The notes under the pieces were generated by a model. The model saw nothing but the letters and a program-made list of their open reading frames with translations. It did not search any database and was not told the DNA's origin. Shown here piece after piece: positions 32,231 to 45,920 of a DNA stretch of 64,000 nucleotides. The translations under genes were made by a program, and so were the position numbers. Origin of the DNA: Pristiophorus japonicus (taxonomy: Eukaryota); contig NC_092002.1 of the NCBI RefSeq assembly GCF_044704955.1, positions 4,836,001-4,900,000 of the forward strand, given 5' to 3'. The number at the start of each line of letters is the position of its first letter. The first letter of the stretch is position 1.

Positions 32231-35200
32231 TCCTGCGCTGCATCATTCTATAATAGTGGAAACGGCAGATAAAATAATGATTACACAATAAATTCAGTTT
32301 AATGAGCCAGGTTAAGTTTTAAGTAAATATATATATAGAGAGAGTATTGTTCCTGTATAGTGCAGCAGGAAGCATATGTCGCGCATGCGCAGATTGCCCA
32401 GCGGAGGGCGGTCTCCTGGCAGCCAGCCAATGGGGCTGTGGGGATTGATCCCCAGTCATTGGCCCTTCCAAATCACTCCCTGTCACAATTGTCCCTTTTG
32501 CACTGGGCTGGGCAATCGCCGGACTGATTTCGGATTTGTTTGGTGCGATACCCTGCAGCTAAAATATAAAAGTGAATCGCAATTGGCTGAGACGACGCAT
32601 AAATTAGCATAATTAGGCACCCGCTTCACAACTTGGTGAGAAAGACGGAATTATTGCTCCTTTCGATACAAAGTATGTGTTTCCAATATTGCGTTACAGT
32701 CCAAAATTGAAATAATATGCACAGAAATAAATCTTATGTGTGCCACCCTCACAAGGATAAGTATTAGTATTTCAAGTTATAAATACTGTTAGCTGCATAA
32801 TTGGTGCTTGTGTTGTATGAAAGGAGAGAAGGTTAGCACTCCCCTTGATAAGGATGGAAGGGGCCCTAGTGGCCTTACAACACACAAATGGTTAAGGCAT
32901 TGCCATCTACTTAGTGGCATCTAACCATGTTTTGCTTTTCTTTGCACCTGCTGTTCAGAGACTAGTACCAACACCGAGCCACATAAGAAGAAATTATGGC
33001 AGACAACCAAAACTTTGGTCTAAGAGGTAGGTTTTAAGGAGCGTCTTAAAGGAGGAAACATAGAAGTTAGGAGCAGTAGTAGACCATTTGGCCCTTCGAG
33101 TCTGCACCAACATTCAATATGATCATGGCTGATCCTCTATCTCAACACCATATTCCCGCTTTTTCCCCATACCCCTTGATGCCTTTTGTGTCTAGAAATC
33201 TATCTATTTCCCTCTTATTCAGTGACTCGGCCTCCACAGCCTTCTGTGGTAGAGAATTCCACAGGTTCACCACCCTCTGAGTGAGAACATTTCTCCTCGT
33301 CTCGTCCTAAATTTCCTACCCCATATCCCGAGACTGTGACCCCTTGTTCTAGACTTCCCAGCCAGGGGAAACATTCTCCCTGCATGCAGTCTATCCAACC
33401 CAGTCAGAATTTTATACCTTTCAATGAGATCCCCTCTCATTCTTCTCGGCATAACGGTGGTAACAAGAGACAAGACTACCGCCAAATCCTCAACAACCAC
33501 GTCACAGGCAGCTGAACTAGATACACCGTCATTGCCAGAGTTCAGTGCCCAGAACACACACCTGGGTCACAAAATGGATTAGTGTTAGTAAAACGTGAAG
33601 AGATATATGATAATGTACACCGTGGGTAGGTACCCTTTGTGTTAAAATAGAGGTAGAGAGGTGGAGAGGTTTAGGGAGGGAGTTCCAGAGCTTGGGGGCC
33701 TAGGCAGCTGAAGGCATGGTCACCAATGGTTGTGCAGTTATAATCAGGAATGCCCAGGAGGGCAGAATTTGAGGAGCGCAGAGATCTGGGGTGGGTTGTG
33801 AGGCTGAAGGAGATTACAGAGAGGGAGAAACTGCAGGAGTAAAGTAAGGCACAGAGAAAAGAAAACATGGTTAGATGGCAGTGGGTTCAATACAGTCTCT
33901 GAACTGCAAAAAGGGACAATTGCCACAGGGAGTGATTTGGAAGGGCCAATGACTGTGGACAAGTGGGTGGCTTCAGTGTACAAAGCATGGCCCTGACAAA
34001 ACAGCCTCAGTGACAGAACCATGATCATATTGAATGGTGGTGCAGGCTCGAAGGGCCGAATGGCTTACTCCTGTGCCTATTTTCTATGTTTCTATATTTC
34101 TAACCACGTTTCCAGGAAACATTAGACGATGCCCATAATGAGGATGCCACGATAAGCCTTTTTTTTTAATCAACATTCTACCTTTTCACTGATTACCATT
34201 CCCTTTTGCATTTCACCATCTCTTTTGTCATTGAATCAGTCGTGCCCTCCACCCTATCACAGACCTTTCCCATTAACCTTCCCCTCCCCATCACCGCCAA
34301 CCCTATCCCTGGCTCAGTACTTGCTTATAAACCATTACATTTCTAACATCTTCCACTTCTGACGCAGGGTCATCAACCTGAAACGTTAACTCTGTTTCTC
34401 GCTCCACAAATGCTGCCTGACCCGCTGAGTGTTTCCAGAATTTCCTGTTTTTATCTAAAGTTCAATCCCTGATCTCAGCCAAGGTAACAATTGTGTCGCT
34501 GCCGTTTGGTTCAAAGGTCTGAGTTAGTGAGGTTCAATAGCAGCCAGGGTCCTGCTCTTGACCCCCAGAACTTTCTGCTGGATAATGTGTGGATATAGAG
34601 AGGACAGAATTGGAGTGATTCAAAGAGCCTGGACACACTCGAGTGTCTTGACTCGCGGATGAAGAATGATAACTTAGGTTAAGTATCAGGAGGCAGACTT
34701 CAGACAAGTCACTCCCTCCAACAACAACAACAACTTATATTTATATAACACCTTTAAAGTAGTAAAACGTCCCAAGGTGCTTCACAGGGGGGTTATAAGA
34801 CAAACCAAATAAATTTGACACTGAGCCAAATGAGAAGAAATTATGGCAATGACCAAAAGCTTGGTCAAAGAGGCCGATTTTAAGGAGCGTCTTACATAAG
34901 AACATAAGAACATAAGAATTAGGAACAGGAGTAGGCCATCTAGCCCCTCGAGCCTGCTCCACTATTCAACAAGATCATGGCTGATCTGGCCGTGGACTCA
35001 GCTCCACTTACCCGCCCGCTCCCCGTAACCCTTAATTCCCTTATTGGTTAAAAATACAGGAGGTAAGAGAGGCGGAGAGGTTTAGGGAGGGAGTTGCAGA
35101 GCTTGGGGCCCAGGCAGCTGAAGGCACGGCCACTGATGGTTGGGCAGTTATAATCAGGGATGGTCAAGAGGGCAGAATTTGAGGAGCGCAGACATCTCGG

Positions 35201-35639
35201 GGGAGGAGGGGGGCGGGCAGTTGTGAGGCTGAAGGAGATTACAGAAATTCAGGACATAGAACTGGGGGAAATATGGAAACTTTCTTGTCAAAAAGAAGAT
35301 AACTATTGATTGATTGTTCATTTAATTTGCAGTGATTGCATCACAATCATTAACATTCACTGCAGGCTCTCCATCCATTTCCAGCTTAGAGTGTACCATC
35401 TGTTTCCATTCTGCCTGATAATCACAGTCTCAAGACACAGACCCAATACCAAAGAACCTCTCTGTGCACTTCATAGCATCCATTAAATATTATTCAAAAT
35501 CTCATGTAGGGCAGACATATCCACAAACCTTATTTCCTATAGTTTGGTCACACTTTTCCGTCAGTTACCATTGTAAACTGCAATATCAAAATCTTGCATT
35601 TAATTTTGCTATGTCAACTGTCACGCTATAGTTTCAGGC

Positions 35640-36105
35640 TCCATGTATACAGTCTGTTACAGTCAGATAATCAATTATTTCATATACTGGACCAAGACCT
35701 CGCTCTGTTAAGCCCGTGTGGTGGCTGGTGTGCAATGGTCACCCCACATTAAAAAAATCCACGCACAGGCATCTTCCACCCTTTACGATGTAACTCATTG
35801 TAACACCTGTGAGCCCATCATTTTTTGGTGCGAAGAGGGACATCCTCGTCACGTGGGACTGCCTAGTAGTAGTATTTCATATTTACAGTAAGTTATAGAC
35901 AATGAATTATTCCATATTTAGCCTGTTGCAGTTAATGAATGATTCCATATTTACAGTCTTATAGTTACTGAATTATGCAATTTTTCTGTTACAGTCTGTT
36001 ACAATTAGATAATGAAATATACAATAATTTATAGTCTGTTGCAGTCAGATAATCAATTATTTTGTATTTGCAATCTGTTACAGTTAATTAATTATTCTGT
36101 ATTTA
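35640..36105 (+). repeat. Degenerate AT-rich ~35-45-bp tandem array (atatttacagtctgttacagtcagataatcaattatt)
   Basis: Recurrent agtctgttacag...aattatt units, interrupted by the 35686-35872 insertion. Confidence 0.65.
35686..35872 (+). mobile_element. Short retroposon with RTE-like 3' end and a 10-bp TSD
   Basis: Ends gggactgcctagtagtag; flanked by TATTTCATAT at 35676-35685 and 35873-35882. Confidence 0.7.
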
Positions 36106-36106
36106 G

Positions 36107-37130
36107 AACAACTTGCATTTCTATAATGTCTTCAACATAGTAAAACATCCCAAGACGCTTCACAGAAACATTATCAGACAAAATGTGTCCCCGACACAAA
36201 AGGAGATATTAGGACAGGTGACCTAAATAAAGCTTGATCAAAAAGGTAGGTTTTAAGGATCGTCTTAAAGGAGGAAAGAGAGGTGGTGAGGCGGAGAGGT
36301 TTAGGGAGGGAATTCTAGACTTAGGGCCGAGATGGCTGATGGTGGGGCTGCCAATGGTGGGACGAAGGAAATGGGGGTAGCACAAGGCGCCAGAATTGGT
36401 GGAAAAAGTGTTCTCGGAGAGTTGTAGGACTGGAGCTAGGGAGGGGCGAGGCCATGGAGAGATTTGAACACAAGGATGAGAATTGCTAGACCAGGAACCA
36501 ATGTGGGTCAGTGAGCACAGGGGTGAAGGGTGAACGGGACTTGGTGCCAGTCAGAATACGGGCAGTAGATCTTTAGATGAGCTGAAGTTTATGGAGGGTG
36601 GAAGTTGGGAGGCTGGTCAGGAGCGCTTTGGACTATTCAAGTCTGGAGGTAACAAAAGGTTGGATGAGGGTTTCAGTAGCAGTTGAGCTGAGGCAGAGCA
36701 GAGACGAGCGATGTTATGGAGGTGAAATTAGGCGGTCTCGGTGACGGAGCGGAGATGAGGTTGGAAGCTTAGCTCGGTGCCAAATAGGAAACCAAGGTTG
36801 CAAACAGTGTGGTTCCTCCTCAGACAGTGGCCAAGGAGAGAGATGGAATTGGTGCCTAGGGATCGGAGTTTGTGGTAGGGACCAAAGACAATGGCTTCAG
36901 TCTTCCTAATATATAATTGGACTAAATTTTTGCTCATCCAGTACACAATGTCGGATAAGCAGCGTGACAAATCAGGTGCAGTGGAGGGGTCGAGAGACGT
37001 AGTAATAAAGTAATATTGGGCGTCGCCAGTGTACATGTAGAACCTGACATGTTTTGGATGATGTCGCCGAGGGGTAGCATGTAGATGAGAATTATGTGGG
37101 GGCCAAGGTCAGATCCTTTGGGGATTTTAG
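36107..37130 (-). mobile_element. Older L2-clade LINE fragment extending into the RT domain
   Basis: Degenerate GS.LGP..F.IYMLPLGDII and CLSDI..WMS.N..L...KTEAIVFG motifs. Confidence 0.78.
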
Positions 37131-37136
37131 AGGTAA

Positions 37137-37824
37137 TGAGGAAAGCAAACATGCAGGTGCAGCAAGCAGCAAGGAAGGCAAATGGTATGTTGGCCTTCAT
37201 TGCAAGAGGATTTGAGTACAGGAGCAAAGATGTCTTACTACAGTTATACAGGGCCTTGGTGAGACCACACCTGGAGTATTGTGTGCAGTTTTGGTCTCCT
37301 TACCTAAGAAAGGATATACTTGCCACAGAGGGAGTGCAGAAAAAGTTCACCAGACTGATTCCTGGGATGGCAGGACTGTCGTATGAGGAGAGATTGGGTC
37401 GACTAGGCCTGTATTCACTAGAGTTTAGAAGAATGAGAGGGGATATCATTGAAAGGTATAAAATTCTGATGGGGTTGGACAGACTGGATGCAGGGAGGAT
37501 GTTTCCCCTGGGCTGGGAAGTCTAGAACAAGGGGTCACAGTCTCAGGATACGGGGTAGGAAATTTAGGACCGAGATGAGGAGAAATGTTTTCACTCAGAG
37601 GGTGGTGAACCTGTGGAATTCTCTACCACAGAAGGCTGTGGAGGCCAAGTCACTGAATATATTTGGGAGATAGATAGATTTCTAGAAACAAAAGGCATCG
37701 ATGGGTATGGGGAAAAAACAGGAATATGGTGTGGAGATAGAGGATCAGCCATGATCATATTGAATGGCGGTGCAGACTCGAAGGGCCAAATGGCCTACTA
37801 CTGCTCCTATTTTCTATGTTTCTA
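37137..37824 (+). mobile_element. CR1-clade LINE 3' fragment
   Basis: KANGMLAFIARG...RPHLEYCVQFWSP; CR1 tail. Confidence 0.88.
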
Positions 37825-37940
37825 AGGTGCTGGAGGGGTGGGGAGAGGTGGGAAGGGAAGCTATTGCTGGAGTTGTTCTGGCTATGATTGGAAAGGTAAG
37901 TGTGGAACTAGCCGAGGGTAGTCCCATTCAGCGGGATAAT

Positions 37941-38466
37941 GGATGTCTCCGCAAGATCCTGCAAATCCCCTGGGAGGACAGACGCACCAACGTTAGTGTC
38001 CTCGATCAGGCCAACATCCCCAGCATCGAAGCACTGACCACACTTGAGCAGTTCTGTTGGGCGGGTCACATTGTTCACATGCCTGACACAAGACTCCCAA
38101 AGCAAGCGCTCTACTCGGAACTCCTACATGGTAAGCGAGCTCAAGGTGGGCAGAGGAAATGTTTCAAGGACACCCTCAAAGCCTTCCTGATAAAATGCAA
38201 CATCCCCACTGACACTTGGGAGTCCCTGGCCAAAGGAAGTGAATCCGGGAGGGCGCTGAGCACCTCTCGTCGCCGAGAGCATGCAGAAACCAATAGCATG
38301 CAGAAAACTCCCCACCCACCCCTTCCCTCAAAGACTATCTGCTCCACCTGTGACAGAGACTGTAATTCCCACATTGGACTGTACAATCACCTGAGAACTC
38401 ACTTTTAGAGTGGAAGCAAGTCTTCCTCGATTCCGAGGGACTGCCTATGATGATGATGATGATGAT
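37941..38466 (+). mobile_element. RTE-clade LINE 3' fragment
   Basis: CLRKILQIPWEDRRTN...; ends gggactgcctatgatgatgat. Confidence 0.82.
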
Positions 38467-40699
38467 AATGGAGGAAAGTCATTGGAGGAGGATGCTGGGG
38501 TCTCGCTGCAGACAGGTCGAGAGGGGTGAGGAGGGATAGTGCGTCGTGGTCACGGTCACATCGGATGTGACTTTGATTCAGGCTGGTTCAATCCTGTTGT
38601 AGGGGCGGAAACCTATTTTGTGAGGTTCAAACATGGAGTTGCGCGAAAGGTGAGCACAGATTTGAGAGGTGGCAACACGTTCAAGGACTTTGGAGAGGAA
38701 AGGTCGGTAGGAGATGGGGTGATTTTTTTTTGAAAGGATTGAGGGGGTCAAAGGTGAATTTTTCGACGAGCTGGCTGATGTTGGTGGTAGTTCTGAATGG
38801 CCACATATATGAGTAACAGGTACTGCAGGTACTTATAATACATTTACAATGAAATGCCAACCCAAGGTACCACATGTAATATTTAATGGATGTAGATATA
38901 TAGATTTATGACTCTGGGAACATGCTTTTAAAGGGATCTTTTTCCTTTTGAGTGCATGGGAAAATCAGTTAAAAGCTGTACCATAAAAACTATTCTTTTG
39001 TAACAAAATATGTTTGTGATTTGCATAGACTTATTATCGAGCAGGGAATACTGTATTCAATTTAACAACATGTATTGCCTGGGTTTGGGGTATTTAACAG
39101 CTGGGACTTTGTCCCCATTGCAGTCAGCACCACCTGAATGGAATTGCTTTTTCTAGAATTTCAAGCCAGCGGGTGTTGCTCACATCACTGATCAATTGAA
39201 CGAGTCTTTGAGCCCAGACTGACGCAGGCGGTGACGGAACAGCCAGATCTTAGGGGGGCGCTGAATGACTTAGAAAGCAACAGAAGGGATCGGCACAGAC
39301 AGACGCGGAGCGGATCCACTCTGGTAGGATTGCAATGGTGGAAATGTCTATTGCTCAAATCGTTTGGTGTTTGTGTTAATTTTTGTTGTAGCAATGGGTC
39401 CGCATTGCAACATTGAGGAAATTGCAACACATGCAATGTTACAGCCGCTTTGCTGGTTACCCCGCAATTGACACGTTTGGAAAGGAGAAGATGGTGTTTT
39501 GACAGCAGCACGGTCGCTGCTTTAATTGTGGTTTTCTTCCAAGCTTAAAAAAAAAGCCAGAATCTAAAAGGAGTGGCATTTTCTGCTCCGTGCCAGGGAT
39601 GTGGGGCTGGCTGGTGCTTTCTTTCCGCCGCCACTTGTGTTATTTCAGTGACGCAGATTGCAATCCATGCAAGGCTGCTTGCTGATGTTGGTTCTTCCCA
39701 TTGTTCAGCATCCTGGGCTGAGTCAGAGCTCGGCTCGAAACAAGATCACAGCAAAACAAGGCAGCAAGCTGATTAATAATGCATGTTGGATAGCCTAGCA
39801 TTTTTCCCGAGGTATTTATGTATATTCATTGTCGCACAGCTAAACTGGGCTTTTCATGTTTTATATTGTGAGGATACTTCCAATGCCTATTCATTATTTT
39901 TTTTCCAGAATTGATCCTTATTTAAAAAAAAGCATTTCATATATTAAAGATGAATTTGAGTTAAGCTTTCTGGCACCGTGTATATAGATGTGATGTTTTC
40001 TGGAGATCACATCAGGGCTCTGGACTGAGATTGAGTCTGTGTTGTGAAGATGGATAGATTATACAGATTGATTTTGCAACATACACAGGAAGGTTTTTTC
40101 CAAGTTAAGTACATGCTGAAAGGGTTAGCATCCCCCAGAGAATTTCACTTACTATTAAACTAAACCAGGGTTAATTTTCAATTTTATACACAGTAAATAT
40201 TTGGAATACCTGGTTACATCTCTAATTAAATGTATTGTCCAGTCAGTGTAGGGAAGAGTGTAATATCTTACAATATAGGGAATAGATTTTATGATTTTAA
40301 TGTTAAATATAGGTGACTTGAGCTGAGCGTTTTGTATTTCAATATAATATACAACTGCCAGGAGAATTTAAAGGACCCCTGCACAGTGAAATCAAATGGT
40401 TTCAATGCTTTTCTTTTCTATTGAAATCTTCTGAAAGGTCCCTGAATTTGTATAGCGTCACGGTGTAATTTGGATAGTCCATTTTGACTAAGTCATCAAA
40501 AGGCCATGGATTTGAAATGGTTAACTCTATTCCCCATGAAACTGGCCGTGTGTTACGGTACGTTGCTCCAGTAAAGGTTAAACATGTTCGCTTCTTCTCC
40601 AGCTACCAGAATTATTGCAGCACATATATGCTGCGTACATTTAAAATAATAAAGCTTTTTAATTTTGGGGGAGGTTACTTTTCCATTTTCTACATTCGC

Positions 40700-42397
40700 C
40701 TTCCCTCCCCTTTTCCTTCCCTCCCCTTTTCCTTCCCTCCCTCCCTCCCCTTTTCCTTCCCTCCTTCCCTCCCCTTTTCCTTCCCTCCCTCCCTCCCTCC
40801 CCTTTTCCTTCCCTCCCCTTTTCCTTCCCTCCCCTTTTCCTTCCCTCCCCTTTTCCTTCCCTCCCCTTTTCCTTCCCTCCCCTTTTCCTTCCCTCCCCTT
40901 TTCCTTCCCTCCCCTTTTCCTTCCCTCCCCTTTTCNNNNNNNNNNNNNNNNNNNNNNNNNNNNNNNNNNNNNNNNNNNNNNNNNNNNNNNNNNNNNNNNN
41001 NNNNNNNNNNNNNNNNNNNNNNNNNNNNNNNNNNNNNNNNNNNNNNNNNNNNNNNNNNNNNNNNNNNNNNNNNNNNNNNNNNNNNNNNNNNNNNNNNNNN
41101 NNNNNNNNNNNNNNNNNNNNNNNNNNNNNNNNNNNNNNNNNNNNNNNNNNNNNNNNNNNNNNNNNNNNNNNNNNNNNNTTCCTTCCCTCCCCTTTTCCTT
41201 CCCTCCCCTTTTNNNNNNNNNNNNNNNNNNNNNNNNNNNNNNNNNNNNNNNNNNNNNNNNNNNNNNNNNNNNNNNNNNNNNNNNNNNNNNNNNNNNNNNN
41301 NNNNNNNNNNNNNNNNNNNNNNNNNNNNNNNNNNNNNNNNNNNNNNNNNNNNNNNNNNNNNNNNNNNNNNNNNNNNNNNNNNNNNNNNNNNNNNNNNNNN
41401 NNNNNNNNNNNNNNNNNNNNNNNNNNNNNNNNNNNNNNNNNNNNNNNNNNNNNNNNNNNNNNNNNNNNNNNNNNNNNNNNNNNNNNNNNNNNNNNNNNNN
41501 NNNNNNNNNNNNNNNNNNNNNNNNNNNNNNNNNNNNNNNNNNNNNNNNNNNNNNNNNNNNNNNNNNNNNNNNNNNNNNNNNNNNNNNNNNNNNNNNNNNN
41601 NNNNNNNNNNNNNNNNNNNNNNNNNNNNNNNNNNNNNNNNNNNNNNNNNNNNNNNNNNNNNNNNNNNNNNNNNNNNNNNNNNNNNNNNNNNNNNNNNNNN
41701 NNNNNNNNNNNNNNNNNNNNNNNNNNNNNNNNNNNNNNNNNNNNNNNNNNNNNNNNNNNNNNNNNNNNNNNNNNNNNNNNNNNNNNNNNNNNNNNNNNNN
41801 NNNNNNNNNNNNNNNNNNNNNNNNNNNNNNNNNNNNNNNNNNNNNNNNNNNNNNNNNNNNNNNNNNNNNNNNNNNNNNNNNNNNNNNNNNNNNNNNNNNN
41901 NNNNNNNNNNNNNNNNNNNNNNNNNNNNNNNNNNNNNNNNNNNNNNNNNNNNNNNNNNNNNNNNNNNNNNNNNNNNNNNNNNNNNNNNNNNNNNNNNNNN
42001 NNNNNNNNNNNNNNNNNNNNNNNNNNNNNNNNNNNNNNNNNNNNNNNNNNNNNNNNNNNNNNNNNNNNNNNNNNNNNNNNNNNNNNNNNNNNNNNNNNNN
42101 NNNNNNNNNNNNNNNNNNNNNNNNNNNNNNNNNNNNNNNNNNNNNNCTTTTCCTTCCCCGTTTATCCCTTCCCTTTTCCCCTCCTCCCTGCCTTCTTCCC
42201 CTCCCCTTCTTCCTCCCCTCCCCCCTTTACCGCCCCTCCCCCTTTACCTCCCCTCCTTTCCCTCGTCACCCTGCCTTCCTCCCCTCCCCTTTTTCCTCCC
42301 CCACCCTTTTCCTCAAACTTTCCCCCTTCTCCCTGCTTTTCTCTCCTCCCTCCTTCCCCTCCCCCTCCCCCTCCCCCTCCTCCTCCTTCCCCCTCCC
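40700..42397 (+). repeat. Polypyrimidine tandem repeat (TTTTCCTTCCCTCCCC)n spanning assembly gaps 40936-41178 and 41213-42146
   Basis: Direct inspection. Confidence 0.92.
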
Positions 42398-43322
42398 AAG
42401 CTCATGGAAATGAAGCTCTGGCATTGCCCTCAGCTGGGTTTGGCTAACTGAGCACTGAGTGGCTGAATTCCGCACTTGGCAGTGCCCTTGTTAATTAGAT
42501 CCCCCACCCCAACTTACAATGTAAATTTCTCCCCTCCGGTGTAACGCAGCATCAAGGCTTAGTGAACCTGGATGATCATCTTTCAAATGCTGCTTTTTCC
42601 GATGTTCGCTGGGAGCTACCTGCGTCACTCTACTTCTGATTTACCCCCCCCCCCCGCCCCCTCCTCTTTGGGAAAATGCTTCGTCTACACTTGGCTCTGT
42701 CATCAGTGTACATGCTGAGATCGGGAACATGCCATATGGAGAATAACAGGTGTCAATCCACCTTCCTCCTGTGAGTCCTTGGCACTGAACCAGCTTAAAA
42801 CCTTTCTTAGTATTATATGATATATATTAATATTCGCAGGTCTCCCATGGTGTTACCGACACTAAGTCAGTTGATGCCCTGTTTTGTGAGGACAGGAATA
42901 TTAAACCCTGTAATGTACAATGTATTATTCTGCTGCTAAGGTGGAATGTATTATTCTGCTGCTAATGTGGCCAGTTCTTTTTAAGGCCATAAAATTCTAA
43001 TTGGAAGTAAACACAGCCTGAGGTCCATCAGAGTTTAACTACTCCTTTTGGTGAGGGGAGGTTTGCAAATTGTATTGTTCTTGTAAATTTCGGTCTCTAG
43101 GTCCGGAAAAATAAGCATAAAATGACTGGCTTTCTTTCTCTTTTTTTTAAATAAAAAAAAATGCATTAACGGTTAAAGTGTGAAGTCTGATGTGCAACAA
43201 ATGCACTTAAACCTTATATATAATTATTGACAGTCAAAAGTGTACATTAAATACCGTGAAATTGCTGCTGATTGAAGAGCTGGAAGGTAACTGCTGTGAA
43301 ATTTTCAAATTGCATGATCCAC

Positions 43323-43589
43323 TGTAAGGTATGCACCTGTGAGCATGCTCAGAGGTTTGTTGCACTGTGAATGGCTCACCCGGTCACGTGACGTTCACAA
43401 GATTCAATAAAACCACAGTTCATTGAATTCCGGTTCTCCGCGATGAGGTGGGCTGTTGTGAGCCTGCTGGATGAACTGGTCGAGTTCAGTCTTGTTGTTA
43501 AACCTTTGCTAATAAACCAGCTAGTTCTTCACAGCAAATGTGTAGCCATGAATTCTTAAGCAAAGAACCCGTGAAGCAAATACACGACA
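43323..43589 (+). mobile_element. ~270-bp TG..CA element (probable solo LTR), copy 1
   Basis: Similar to the three other copies; internal GTCACGTGA and two AATAAA. Confidence 0.72.
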
Positions 43590-44380
43590 TCTCCACTGCT
43601 TTAGAACATTCTTGTAGCATTTGCGTTCAGAAAGGGGCTCTGAGCTCCGCCATTGGCTCAGTTTGACATGCACGGCCTTATGCGGAGCTGGGCCGCACAG
43701 AACAGGAAGCTCCCAGGCTCAATCCCGGCCCCGCTCCATGTAAGCAGCCACACAGGTGCTGCAAGTGGTCTCGTGGTGGTGGGGGAGGAGTGCCTCTGAT
43801 CTGGAGAGAGGAAATAGCGCCAGGAATTCCTGCTCCCGATCACTGTTCAGTCCACCCCATTGTGTAAAGATTGTGTGTGGAGAGATCGGTTGATAACGGT
43901 ATCGGGGTTTGGTTGTGATGCCCCTATAGTTGAACAGACTGTCAGTACTCACTGCCCAAGCTATTGTGCTCCTTTGGAAGGTAGCCTGTAACTCTAGAAC
44001 TGTATCTCAGCATGAATTGGTACATTCAGGAAAGATTTGAAAATGGGAAGATGTGTCAAAATTCATTTGGAGAATACATTTAATAAAATGGAGAGTTTAA
44101 AAAAAAAGATGCATTTTCTGTTGACGAATGCCAATGGTGGGGAAGTGGAACATGTTCCCACCCAATCTCCAAATCCCAGATCAGGTACAACACAGTTTTG
44201 AGGCTTCCTGTGACTTGTACCAACCTTAGCCTTCACCTCAATAAGACTATCTCCCAACTGTACCTGTCCTCCTTAACAGCCTCGCTGAGTGATGCTCCCA
44301 ACTGAAGGATATTTTCAGCACTGATCAAGCTTCTGACAACAAGGCGATGCTGTGGTGCAGCCCAGACATCTCCCATGGTC

Positions 44381-44612
44381 AGATTGTCGTAAAAACCCAT
44401 CTGGTTCACTAATGTCCCTTTAGGGAAGTAAATCTGCCGCCCTTACCCGGTCTGGCCGATATGTGACTCCAGACCCACAGCAATGTGGTTGACTCTTAAC
44501 TGCCCTCTGAAATGGCCCAGCGCGACACTCAGTTGTATAAGGCAGCTCACCACCACCTTCCCGAGGGCAATAAATGCAGGACTTGCCGGTGATGCCCACA
44601 TCCCGTGAATGA
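44381..44612 (+). mobile_element. HE1/V-SINE-like fragment (others on - at ~14930-15258, 52360-52515, 52850-53226, 5160-5300)
   Basis: gattgtcgtaaaaacccatctggttcactaatgtccttta... and tail gggcaataaatgc..gatgcccacatcccgtgaatga. Confidence 0.72.
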
Positions 44613-44774
44613 TTTTAAGATATCGCACGCCAGTCAGAGCAAAGGCTGTACGAGCTGTGCATGGAGATGGGAAAAGCACCGGGAGATAGGTGGCCGCTTC
44701 ACGTGCACCAATTCCCCCCACCCCGGGAGATTTGCCCCAGCACCATACGCAGCCCCGCAGGGACCCATAAAAAA

Positions 44775-45234
44775 AAGACTTGCATTTCTAAAGCGCCTTT
44801 CACAATCACTGGACGCCTCAAAATGCCTTAGCCAATGAAGTACTTTTGGAGTGTAGTCACTGTTGTAATGTGGGAAACATGGCAGCCAAATTGTGCACAG
44901 CAAGCTCCCATACACAGCAATGTGATAATGACCAGATCATCTGTTTTTGTTATGTTGAGGGATAAATATTGGCCCCAGGACACTGGGGATAACTTCCCTG
45001 CTCTTCTTTTGAAATAGTGCCATGGGATCTTTTGACGTCCACCTGTGAGGGCTGACAGTGCCTCGGTTTAACGTCTCATCTGAAAGACTGCACCTCCGAC
45101 AGTGTGGCACTCTCTCAGCACTGCACTGGACATGTCAGTCTAGATTTATGTGCTCAAGTCGCTGGAGTGGGATTTGAACGCACAACCTTCTGACTCAGAG
45201 GTGAGTGTGCTACCCACTGAGCCACAGCTGACAC
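44775..45234 (-). mobile_element. DeuSINE-like element, single-unit form
   Basis: Complete head-body-tail with one unit. Confidence 0.85.
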
Positions 45235-45343
45235 ACAAGTCACACCCTCTGCCCTCACCCTGAATGAGGTCCGCTCAATCCCGACCGAAATGGAATGACC
45301 CCCGGCTCATCCCCAGCACCCCTCGCTCTAATGTATAGAACAG

Positions 45344-45920
45344 TCATCATCATAGGCATCGAAATCGAGGAAGACTTGCTTCCACTCACTCTTAGAGTTC
45401 TCAGGTGACTGAACAGTCCAATACAGGAGTTACAGTCTCTGTCACAGGTGGGACAGACAGTGGTTGAGGGAAGGGGAGGGTGGGACTGGTTTGCCGCACA
45501 CTCCTTCCGTTGCCTGCGCTTGGTTTCTGCACGCTCTCGGCGACGAGACTCGAGGTGCTCAGCGCCCTCCCGGATACTCTTCCTCCACTTAGGGCAGTCT
45601 CTGGCCAGGGACTCCCAGGTGTCGGTGGGGATGTTGCATTTTATCAGGGAGGCTTGGAGGGTGGTCTTGAAACATTTCCTCTGCCCACCTGGGGCTCGCT
45701 TGCCGTGTAGGAGTTCCGAGTCGAGCGCTTGCTTTGGGAGTCTCGTGTCGGGCATGCGGACAATGTCCAACGGAGCTGGTCGAGTGTGGTCAGTGCTTCG
45801 ATGCTGGGGATGTTGGCCTGAGCGAGAACACTGACGTTGGTGCCTTTATCTTCCCAGTGAATTTGCGGAGGCAGTGCTGGTGATAGTTCTCCAGCGCTTT
45901 GAGGTGTCTACTGTACATGG
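45344..45920 (-). mobile_element. RTE-clade LINE fragment
   Basis: RMPDTRLPKQAL.SELLHGKR remnants. Confidence 0.8.

Noticed and set aside
40484-42451. 655-aa and 582-aa Pro/Ser/Phe-rich ORFs (and the ORFs at 46622-47136)
   Set aside because: Translations of simple repeats and N gaps
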